From Candidatus Eiseniibacteriota bacterium (GTDB lineage: Bacteria; Eisenbacteria; RBG-16-71-46), in assembly GCA_044222065.1 (NCBI GenBank), contig JBGAOA010000078.1:1-18072 (forward strand): a DNA stretch of 18,072 bases, in the 5' to 3' direction. Under the pieces are notes generated by a model. It was given only the letters and a program-made list of their open reading frames with translations. It was not told where the DNA came from and made no database searches. A program made the position numbers and the translations under genes. Of this stretch, positions 7,872 to 18,072 are shown piece by piece. The stretch's first letter is position 1. The number at the start of each line of letters is the position of its first letter.

Positions 7872-8891
7872 ATGCGCATCCAGATCGACGTGCAGGTGTG
7901 GCGGGGCGCGATCCGCGAGTCGCGGCATCGCGTGCACGCGGTCGTCTGCGACGCCGCCGGCCGCCGCTTCGCGAGCACGGAAGACGCGGAACTCGTGACG
8001 AGTTTCCGCTCCTCGGCGAAGCCGTTCCAGCTCCTGCCTCTGGTCGAACGCGGTCACGCCGAGCGCTTCGGCTTTCGCGACGAAGAACTCGCCGTGATGG
8101 CCGGCTCGCACACGGGCAGCGCGTATCACCTCGGACTCGTCCGCGGCATCCTCTCGCGGCTGGGCCTCACCGAATCGAAGCTGGCGTGCGGCTATCACGA
8201 TCCCGTGGATGCGGATTCGCTGGCGCACGTGCAGAAGCACCCCGCGGACCGCACGGGGCTCTACAACAACTGTTCGGGCAAGCACGCCGGCATGCTCGCG
8301 CTCGCGGTCGCCGAGGGCTGGCCGCTCGCCGGCTACGAACGCGACGACCACCCGCTGCAGCGCCTCATGGCCGCGACCGTGGCCGAGTGCTGCGACGTTC
8401 CGGTCGCGAGCCTGCAGCTCGGCGTGGACGGCTGCAGCGTCTGCGTGTTCGGGCTGCCGCTCGCGGCGATGGCGCGCGGCTACGCGCGAGCTCGCGGCCG
8501 CGCGCGGCGCGGGGAGGCGCGCGAGCGCGCGCTCGCGCGGATTCGCGGCGCGATGCAGGCGTTCCCGGTCGCGACGAGCGGCGTCGGACGCTTCAGCACC
8601 GTGCTCATGGAGTCCGCGCCGGCGGTGCTCGTCGCGAAGGCGGGCGCGGAAGGACTCGAGTGCGTCGGCCTCGTCGAACGCGGCCTCGGAGTCGCGCTCA
8701 AGTGCGAAGACGGCGCCATGCGCGCGCTCGCGCCCGCGACGGTCGCGCTGCTCGATCAGCTCGGCTCACTCGACGGCGCGGCGCTCGAGAAGCTCGCGGC
8801 GCAGCGGCGCCCCCTCGTCACGAACGCCGCCGGGATCGCCGCCGGACACCTCGAGGCCGAGATCCGGGTTCTCGCACCCGCGTCCGCATGA
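7872..8891 (+). CDS. L-asparaginase II family (Rhizobium etli-type, class 3) enzyme
   Basis: Family motifs: RGxxxESxH, RSSAKPFQ (Ser-Lys tandem), GSHTGS, NNCSGKHAGML (Zn-binding Cys/Lys), DGC, AKAGAEG. Start placed at ATG 7872; no signal peptide. Confidence 0.9.
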   Translation: MRIQIDVQVWRGAIRESRHRVHAVVCDAAGRRFASTEDAELVTSFRSSAKPFQLLPLVERGHAERFGFRDEELAVMAGSHTGSAYHLGLVRGILSRLGLTESKLACGYHDPVDADSLAHVQKHPADRTGLYNNCSGKHAGMLALAVAEGWPLAGYERDDHPLQRLMAATVAECCDVPVASLQLGVDGCSVCVFGLPLAAMARGYARARGRARRGEARERALARIRGAMQAFPVATSGVGRFSTVLMESAPAVLVAKAGAEGLECVGLVERGLGVALKCEDGAMRALAPATVALLDQLGSLDGAALEKLAAQRRPLVTNAAGIAAGHLEAEIRVLAPASA

Positions 8892-10690
8892 CTCGCACGC
8901 TCGGCCTTCGCCTCGGCCGCGCGCTCGCCCTCGCGTTCGCCTGCGCGGCGATCGTCCCGGGCGCGGCCGCCTCGGCCGGGCGGATCGATCCGGCGCTCGC
9001 GTCCGCGGCTCCCGGAGACACGCTCGTCGTGCTCGTGGAGTTCACCGATCGCGGCGAACGCGATGCGGCGGACCTCGCGCGGCGGCTCGCGGCGGCCGAA
9101 ACGGCGCTCACGCCCAGGAGCCGCGCCCGCCGTCTGCGCGCGCGCGTCGCACCGCTCGTGGACGAGCGCGACCTGCCCGTCGCGCCCGCGTATCTCGACG
9201 CGCTTCGCGCCCGCGGTTTCGCTCCGCTCGCGGTGTCGCGCTGGCTGAATCGCGCGGCCGTGCGCGTGGCGGGCGCCGACCTCGGCCGGCTCGCGGCTTC
9301 GCCTGCGGTGGGGCGCGTCACCTCCGTTCCGCGCGTCGTGCGATCCGCGGATCCGCCCGGCGACACGGGCGTCGTTCCGGTCGGACGCGTCGCGCCGCGC
9401 GGAGAGCTCGCGGCCGCGTCGGACTACGGCCTGCTCGCGGCCGCGGTGTCGCAGATCGGCGTGCCGGCGCTGCACGACTCGGGCTACGCGGGAGCGGGCG
9501 TGCTCGTGTGCGTGACCGACGAGGGCTTCAATCGCTGGGACACGCACGAGGCGCTCCGCAACACGGCGATCGCGCCCGGCATGACGCGCGACTTCGTCCA
9601 GGGCGACACGATCGTCGTGGACACGACGCAGACCGGACTCTTCACGCACGGTACGTGGGTGCTCGGCTGCCTCGCCGGCAACCGTCCCGGGACGTACGTC
9701 GGAACGGCCCCGGCGGCGTCCTACGCGCTCGCGCGCACCGAGAATTCGGCCTCGGAGCTGCCGGTCGAGATGCTCAACTGGGGGCTCGCCGCCGAGTGGG
9801 CCGACAGCCTCGGCGCCGACGTGATCGCATCGTCCGTCGCCTACGGCGCGTTCGACGTGCCGGCGCCCGCCTACACGTACGCGAGCCTCGACGGCCGCAC
9901 GACCGACATCTCGCGCTACGCGGAGATCGCCGCGAGCAAGGGCATGCTGGTCGTGAATTCGGTGGGCAACGAAGGGCAGCACACGTGGCACTGGCTGCTC
10001 GCGCCCGCCGACGTGCACGGCGACAGCCTCGTCGCGGTCGGGGCGGTGGACGATCTCGCACAGCCGGCGGCCTTCTCGAGCTACGGGCCGACGCCCGACG
10101 GCCGCGTGAAGCCCGACCTCGCGGCGCGCGGCGTCGCCGTGCCGTTGCCCGCGACGACCGGCGGCCCCGCGGCCTACACGACCCAGAACGGCACGTCGTT
10201 CTCGGCGCCGCTCGTCGCGGGTCTCGCGGCGTGCATGCTGCAGGCCCGGCCCGCGTGGACGCCGCGCGACGTGATCCGGGCGCTGCGCGCGAGCGCCTCG
10301 CGCTCGAGTTCCCCGGACGACCGCGTGGGCTATGGGATTCCGAACGGCGCGCTCGCGCTCGGCTGGACGCCGAGTGGGGGGCTGCCCGTGCCGGGTACGG
10401 CGATCGTGCTCGGTCCGAGTCCGATCGAGCCCGGCGGCCCGGGAGTGCGCGTGCGGTTCGTCGCCGCGGGGGTCGGCACCGGCGCGAATCGCGGCCGCGT
10501 GCGCGTGCTCGACGTCGCCGGCCGGGAACTCGCGACGCTGTGGCGCGGCGAGATCCAGCGCGGACAGTCGGTGGACGTGCGCTGGACCGGCGCGGACGAC
10601 GCCGGCCGCCGGGTGCGCTCCGGCATTTACTTCCTCGCGCTCGATGCGGGCGGCGACGTCGTCGCGGCTCGCGTCGTGGTGCTCGATTGA
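8888..10690 (+). CDS. Secreted S8 family (subtilisin-like) serine peptidase with C-terminal FlgD-Ig/T9SS-type domain
   Basis: ATGA overlap with the asparaginase stop. Signal peptide, then a propeptide-like region (SRWLNRAAV). Triad D (VTDEGF), H (THGTWV), S (NGTSFSAP); oxyanion Asn in SVGNEG; KPDLAARG. CTD: VLDVAGRELATL...WTGADDAGRRVRSGIYFL. Confidence 0.92.
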   Translation: MTRTLGLRLGRALALAFACAAIVPGAAASAGRIDPALASAAPGDTLVVLVEFTDRGERDAADLARRLAAAETALTPRSRARRLRARVAPLVDERDLPVAPAYLDALRARGFAPLAVSRWLNRAAVRVAGADLGRLAASPAVGRVTSVPRVVRSADPPGDTGVVPVGRVAPRGELAAASDYGLLAAAVSQIGVPALHDSGYAGAGVLVCVTDEGFNRWDTHEALRNTAIAPGMTRDFVQGDTIVVDTTQTGLFTHGTWVLGCLAGNRPGTYVGTAPAASYALARTENSASELPVEMLNWGLAAEWADSLGADVIASSVAYGAFDVPAPAYTYASLDGRTTDISRYAEIAASKGMLVVNSVGNEGQHTWHWLLAPADVHGDSLVAVGAVDDLAQPAAFSSYGPTPDGRVKPDLAARGVAVPLPATTGGPAAYTTQNGTSFSAPLVAGLAACMLQARPAWTPRDVIRALRASASRSSSPDDRVGYGIPNGALALGWTPSGGLPVPGTAIVLGPSPIEPGGPGVRVRFVAAGVGTGANRGRVRVLDVAGRELATLWRGEIQRGQSVDVRWTGADDAGRRVRSGIYFLALDAGGDVVAARVVVLD

Positions 10691-10730
10691 GGGCCCGCCC
10701 GACGGGCCGACCGTGAAAGGACGCCGTTCG

Positions 10731-12065
10731 ATGCGACGATCGTTGTGGACCCTGCCGGCCGCCGCCCTGCTGTTCGCGGCGCCCGCCGCGCTGGCCGCGC
10801 CCGAGGTTCGGGAGCACACGCTTCCGAACGGATTGCGCGTGCTGCTCGCCCCCGATCCCGATGCCTCCGGCGTGGACGTCGGCGTGTGGTACCGCACCGG
10901 AACGCGCAGCGAGCGTCCCGGCTCGCGCGGGGCGACGCACCTGCTCGAGCGCCTGATGTTCCGCGGCTCGAAGAACTATGGCCCGGGCGAGCTGCGCCGC
11001 AGGGTGCGCGCCGAGGGCGGAGTCGCGAACACGTTCTCGACTTCGGACTACTCGTGCTTCTACGAGACGCTGCCCGCGGACGCGCTGCCGCTCGCTCTGT
11101 CGCTCGAGGCCGACCGCATGAGCGGTCCGCGCCTCACCGCCGCGGCGTTCGCCGCCGAGAAGGCCGACGCGCGCGACGACCAGCTGCGGCGCGGCGCCGC
11201 GCCGCTCGCCCTCGGGCTCGAGCGTCTCTTCGCGACCGCCTACGGCGACCATCCGTACGGCGCCCCGGTCGCGGGCCGCGTGCGCGATCGCGAGGGCGTG
11301 ACGCTCGCCGCGCTCACGGCGTTCGCGAACGCGCGGCTCGGCCCCTCGAACGCGTGGCTCACGATCACGGGGCGTTTCGATCCCGACTCGGCCCTCGCGC
11401 GCGTGCGCCGGACGTTCGGGGCGCTTCCGGCGCGCCCGGTCGCGCCGCTGCCCGCGGCCGCGCTTCCGGCCGACGGCGACGAGCGCCGCGGCGCGGCACT
11501 GGCGGCGATCCCGTCGCCGCTCGTGCTCGCGGGCTGGCGCGCGCCCGGCGCCGAGGACACGTCGCGGGTCGCGCTGCGGGTGCTCGCGCACCTGCTCGCG
11601 GACGGCGGCGGGTCCGCGCTGTCGCGTGCGCTCGTGCAGATCAAGGAGCCCTACCTGATGAGCGTGCAGGGCGACGTCGACGTGCGGCGCGAGAGCTCGC
11701 TGTTCTACGTGTTCGGTCCCGCGCGTCCGGGCGCGGACAGCACCGCGGTCGAGGGCGCGCTCGCCGCCGAGGCGGCGCGCTTCGTGCGCGACTCGGTGCG
11801 AACGGAGGACGTCGAGCGCGCGAAGAAGGCGCTCGCGCTCGAGTGGCGGCTCGCCCGCCAGACGGTGCGCGGGCGCGCGCAGTCGCTCGGCGAGGCCGCG
11901 ATGCTCGCGGGCGACTGGCGCGCGGCGGACGGCGATCTCGAGCGGCTCGCACGCGTCACGGCGGAGGACGTGCGCACGCTCGGCGCGGCCGTGCTGCGCA
12001 ACGACCGCGTGTCGTTCGTCTGGGTGCGCCCGATGGCGGCGCCCCGCAAGGAGGGTTCGCGATGA
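10731..12065 (+). CDS. Secreted M16 family (pitrilysin/insulinase-fold) protein, degenerate zinc motif
   Basis: AAAGGA SD at 10716-10721; signal peptide; HTLPNGLRVLL, GxTHLLERLMFRGS, NTFSTSDYSCFYE, LEADRM, HPYG, CxxV-type tail LARVTAEDVR. HxxEH reads HLLER. Confidence 0.88.
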   Translation: MRRSLWTLPAAALLFAAPAALAAPEVREHTLPNGLRVLLAPDPDASGVDVGVWYRTGTRSERPGSRGATHLLERLMFRGSKNYGPGELRRRVRAEGGVANTFSTSDYSCFYETLPADALPLALSLEADRMSGPRLTAAAFAAEKADARDDQLRRGAAPLALGLERLFATAYGDHPYGAPVAGRVRDREGVTLAALTAFANARLGPSNAWLTITGRFDPDSALARVRRTFGALPARPVAPLPAAALPADGDERRGAALAAIPSPLVLAGWRAPGAEDTSRVALRVLAHLLADGGGSALSRALVQIKEPYLMSVQGDVDVRRESSLFYVFGPARPGADSTAVEGALAAEAARFVRDSVRTEDVERAKKALALEWRLARQTVRGRAQSLGEAAMLAGDWRAADGDLERLARVTAEDVRTLGAAVLRNDRVSFVWVRPMAAPRKEGSR

Positions 12066-14168
12066 CGCGCTTCGACCGATCGATCGTCCGCGGCATCGCG
12101 GCGGCGTGCGCGGTGGCGCTCGCGCTGGCGGCGGCCCCCGTCCACGCGGCCGCGCCGCCCGCATCGCGAACGCTCGCGAACGGGCTCGTCGTCACCGTCC
12201 TCCCGGACGACCGCTCCGGCACGGCGCACGTGCTGCTGCGCGTTCCTGCGGGACTCGACCGCGAGCCCGCGGGGCAGCCCGGCGTCGCAAGCCTCACGGC
12301 CCAGCTGCTGCTCGCGGGCACGTCCTCGCGCACCGCGTCCCGCTTCGCCGACGACGCCCGCGATCACGCGCTCGTGCCGCGCGCCGCGGCCGCTCGCGAC
12401 TACGCGACGCTCCAGACGTCCTGCCTCGCCGGCGAGCTCGACGCGGCGGTGGAGCTGCTGGCCGACGCGGCGATGCATCCGGTGTTCTCGGAGCGCGAGT
12501 TCCAGCTGCTCGCCGCGCAGGGTTCGCGCGCCCTGCTGCAGGCGCACGCTGCGGCGGCGAGCGCGGCCGACGAGCAGATCTGGCCCTGGGCGCTGCCCGG
12601 CGATCCGGCGGCCGGGCCGCTGCTCGGCACCGTGCCGTCGGTGCTGACGCTCACGCGCGAACAGCTGCGCCAGTTCCATCGGGCGCACTGGCGTCCGGAC
12701 GGCGCCGAACTCGTCGTCGCCGGCGCGGTCACCCCCGAGCGCGCCTTCGCGCTCGCCGAGGAATGGTTCGGCCGCTGGAGCACCGAGCCCGCCCCGGCCG
12801 CGGGCGAAGCGCCCGCGCTGCCCGCGGGCGCGCGCGTGAGGATCGTCGACCTGCCGTCCGCTCCGGCCGCCGAAGTGCGGCTCGCGTGGGCCGCGCCGGG
12901 CCGCGGCGCCGCGGACGAAGCCGAGCGCGCGATCGCCGCGCGCGTGCTCGAAAGCCGCCTCGAAGAGCGCTTCGCGAACGCGCGCATCGGCCGGGACGCG
13001 CGCGTGTCGCTCGCCGCCTTCGGCCGGCGTGCGCTGTGGATCGTGTCGGCCTCGGCGCCGCCCGAATCCGCTGGCGTGCTCGTCTCCCGACTGCGCGCCG
13101 TGACGCAGCGCGCCCTCACGACGGCGCCGGCGGCCGCGGAAGTCGACGACGCCGCTCGCTCGCTCGGCGGCGCTTACCCGCTCCAGTACGAGACGCTCGC
13201 GGCGCGCGCTGCGCCGCGCGACCGCGGGTCTCGATCGCGCGTCCGACGACGGCGCCGCCTGGCTCGCGGCCGTGGCCGCGGCCACGCCGGCCCGCGTGGC
13301 GGCCGCCGCGCGCGGCACGAACGCGGCCGACGTCGCGATCCTCGTCGCCGGTCCCGCCGAGAGGCTGCGCAAGCCGCTCGCGGCGCTCGGCGCGCCCGAC
13401 GTGCTGAAGCTCGATCCGGAGCGCGGCGCCGCGGCGGCCGCCGCGGCGGCGCCGGCGCCGAAGCCCGAGGATTTCGCCGCGGGCCGCCGCATCGTGCAGG
13501 AGGCGATCGCCGCGCACGGCGGGATCGAGGCACTGCGTCGCGTCGTGGACTCCGTCGTGGACGCCGACCTCGTGCTGTCGCTCCAGCAGCAGCGCCTCGA
13601 GGGCACGCTCAAGATCGTGCGCCGCGAGCCGGGGCAGATGTCGTACCTCACGGAGATGCGCGACTTCCGCAGTTCCCAGGTGCTGAGCGGTGATTCGGCG
13701 TGGACGATGATCCAGAACGCCGGACAGATCCAGCCCGCGGACAGCGCCGGCGTCGCGGCGCTCAAGGCCGGCTTCCGCTCCGACATCGTTCATCTGCTGC
13801 TCGACGCGGTGGATCCGACGGCCCGCGCGGCCGCGAACGGCGAGGGCGACATCGCCGGCGTGCCGGCGCTGCGCGTGGATTGCTCCGGCGGCGCCGGCGG
13901 CACGCGCACCTTGTGGTTCGACGCCACGACGAAGCGTCTCATCGCGCTCGACCACGTCGAAGCCGTGGCGCGCGCCGGCAACGTTCCGGCGCGGCGCCTC
14001 TACCGCGACTTCCGTTCGGTCTCGGGCGTGCTGTGGCCGTATCTCGAAGAGCGCGTGCTCGACGGCCAGCCCTTTATGTCGGTCCGCGCGCGCGACGTGC
14101 GCGTGAACGTCGGCATCGGCGACGTCCAGTTCGCACGCCCCACCGTTACTGAAACGAAGTCGCGCTGA
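12062..14168 (+). CDS. Secreted M16 family non-catalytic subunit fused to a LolA-like beta-sheet domain; frameshift near 13205-13210 (assembly error or pseudogenisation)
   Basis: AAGGAGG SD and ATGA overlap; signal peptide; RTLANGLVVTV, HWRPDGAELVVAG. The frame turns Arg-rich after YETLAAR, while the +1 frame gives LRRATAGLD...WLAAVAAATPARVAAAARG...AILVAGP, then AIAAHGGIEAL...LWFDATTKRL...YRDFRSVSGVLWPY to TGA 14168. Confidence 0.78.
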
Positions 14169-14194
14169 ACACGGCGCGACACGCGCCCGAACTC

Positions 14195-14227
14195 CGCGGC
14201 GGGTCCGTATCGAACGGACCCGCCGCG
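14195..14227 (+). terminator. Strong hairpin, probable terminator of the M16 operon
   Basis: Perfect 14-bp stem CGCGGCGGGTCCGT / ACGGACCCGCCGCG with a 5-nt loop ATCGA, 26 nt after the stop; only a weak tail (CTCACTT). Confidence 0.6.
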
Positions 14228-14231
14228 CTCA

Positions 14232-14287
14232 CTTGTGGGGCCTTCACGCGAGGACTACGCTGCGTGGGAAAACCCCCACAAGGAGGG
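14232..14287 (+). promoter_or_regulatory. Putative ppdK promoter, inverted repeat and ribosome-binding site
   Basis: TTGTGG (14233-14238), 17-nt spacer, TACGCT (14256-14261). Inverted repeat CTTGTGGGG (14232-14240) / CCCCACAAG (14274-14282). SD AGGAGGG at 14281-14287, before GTG 14294. Confidence 0.5.
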
Positions 14288-14293
14288 AGTGCC

Positions 14294-17173
<2,880 letters not shown>

Positions 17174-17189
17174 GCGGTTTCGTGACGCG

Positions 17190-17221
17190 CGGCGGGGCGG
17201 TCCACACGGACCGCCCCGTCG
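17190..17221 (+). terminator. GC-rich hairpin downstream of ppdK
   Basis: CGGCGGGGCGGTCC / GGACCGCCCCGTCG, 14 bp with one G-U, loop ACAC; weak tail TCGTT. Confidence 0.55.
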
Positions 17222-17243
17222 TCGTTCCGTCGCCGGGAGCGTG

Positions 17244-17948
17244 ATGCTCGCGGCGGACGTGCTGGTGCCCGCGCTGGACGAGGAAGCCGCGCTGCCGCGC
17301 GTGCTCGAGGCGCTCCCGCGCGCGGGGGAGGGCTGGCGCGTGCGCCGCGTGGTGGTGGTGGACAACGGCTCCACCGACCGCACCGCCGAGGTGGCGCGCG
17401 CCGCGGGCGCGGAGGTCGTTTCCGAGCCGCGCCGCGGCTACGGCGCCGCCTGCCTCGCCGGCCTCGCGCACCTGCGGCGCGATCCTCCCGGGGCGGTGGT
17501 GTTCCTCGACGCCGACCACAGCGACGACCCCGCCGACCTGCCGCTCCTCCTCGCGCCGCTCGCGGCAGGCGCGGCCGACCTCGTGATCGGCTCGCGGGTG
17601 CTGGGCGCGCGCGAGCGCGGGGCGTTCACCCCCGCGCAGGAGTTCGGCAACCGCCTCGCCGCGGCGCTGATGCGCCTGCTGTACCGCGCGCGCTTCACCG
17701 ACCTCGGGCCGTTCCGCGCGATCCGCTGGGAGGCGCTCGAAGCGCTCGGCATGCGCGACCGCGACTACGGCTGGACGGTGGAGATGCAGGTGCGCGCGCT
17801 GCGCGCGGGACTGCGCTGCGAGGAGGTGCCGGTCGCCTACCGCCGCCGCCGCCTCGGACGATCCAAGGTCTCGGGCACGATCCGCGGCGTGATCGGCGCG
17901 GGCTGGAAGATCCTCTCCACCCTCGCCCGGGTGCGGCTCGGCGGCTGA
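17244..17948 (+). CDS. Glycosyltransferase family 2 (polyprenol-phosphate/DPM-synthase-like)
   Basis: VLVPALDEE, VVVVDNGSTD, GYGAAC, FLDAD (DxD), DLVIGSR, TDLGPFRAIR, EVPVAYRRR..GRSKVSG; GGGAG upstream of GTG/ATG 17241/17244. Confidence 0.92.
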   Translation: MLAADVLVPALDEEAALPRVLEALPRAGEGWRVRRVVVVDNGSTDRTAEVARAAGAEVVSEPRRGYGAACLAGLAHLRRDPPGAVVFLDADHSDDPADLPLLLAPLAAGAADLVIGSRVLGARERGAFTPAQEFGNRLAAALMRLLYRARFTDLGPFRAIRWEALEALGMRDRDYGWTVEMQVRALRAGLRCEEVPVAYRRRRLGRSKVSGTIRGVIGAGWKILSTLARVRLGG

Positions 17949-17987
17949 GGGCAGGACGGCGCGGGATGGGCCTCCGCGCGCCGCGCT

Positions 17988-18071
17988 TCAGCGCGACGCG
18001 TCCTCCGGGTGCTCCATGCGCGCGAGCAGCGAGCGGTGGCCGGTGGTCGCCGCCTCGTAGCCCGGATCGAG
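17988..18071 (-). CDS. 3' end of a convergent gene truncated by the window edge (possibly TPR-like)
   Basis: Reverse strand reads LDPGYEAATTGHRSLLARMEHPEDASR-stop with typical GC3 codons; LDPxY..A resembles a TPR helix junction. Only 27 residues are visible. Confidence 0.45.
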   Translation of the reverse strand, partial: LDPGYEAATTGHRSLLARMEHPEDASR

Positions 18072-18072
18072 C

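Noticed and set aside
10692..10708. Small hairpin GGCCCG/CGGGCC between the subtilase and M16 genes
   Set aside because: Only 6 bp with no U-tract; expected by chance at this GC content.
13424..13462. GCC/GCG tandem-like repeat
   Set aside because: Encodes the poly-Ala/Pro inter-domain linker; imperfect, not a CRISPR or VNTR.
7275..13693. N-terminal extensions of the ORF calls 7275-8891, 7898-10690, 10332-12065 and 10745-13693 (apparent fusion proteins)
   Set aside because: The extensions overlap upstream genes in another frame. True starts at 7872, 8888, 10731 and 12062 are supported by family N-termini, signal peptides, SD sequences or ATGA coupling.
8209..13955. Other long overlapping ORFs on both strands (8209-10716, 8756-10897, 9774-12164, 11705-13786, 13116-13955)
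   Set aside because: Artefacts of very high GC; no recognisable domains.

Overview
High-GC bacterial window with almost all genes on the + strand. The FlgD-Ig/T9SS-type C-terminal domains and lipoprotein families suggest an FCB-affiliated lineage such as Ca. Eisenbacteria or a relative (inference only). Gene order: (1) the 3' part of a large secreted protein with a C-terminal sorting-type domain (CTD), followed by a terminator; (2) a sigma70-like promoter and two paralogous, translationally coupled lipoproteins built from tandem FN3/Ig-like modules; (3) a small Cys-rich secreted protein with a VVPNPY-type CTD; (4) a Rhizobium-type (class 3) L-asparaginase coupled to an S8 subtilase with a CTD; (5) two secreted M16 (pitrilysin-fold) proteins that both lack intact catalytic motifs, the second frameshifted and fused to a LolA-like beta domain; (6) ppdK with helical insertions and a structured promoter/leader; (7) a GT2 glycosyltransferase; (8) the end of a convergent gene. 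No tRNA, rRNA, CRISPR array or mobile element was seen. The best candidate for an undescribed system is the 1-14.2 kb cell-envelope module: CTD-bearing cargo, paired FN3 lipoproteins sharing a domain with the cargo, D-S/T sequon enrichment and a pseudo-peptidase M16 pair. All product calls come from motif recognition by eye; no database search was run.
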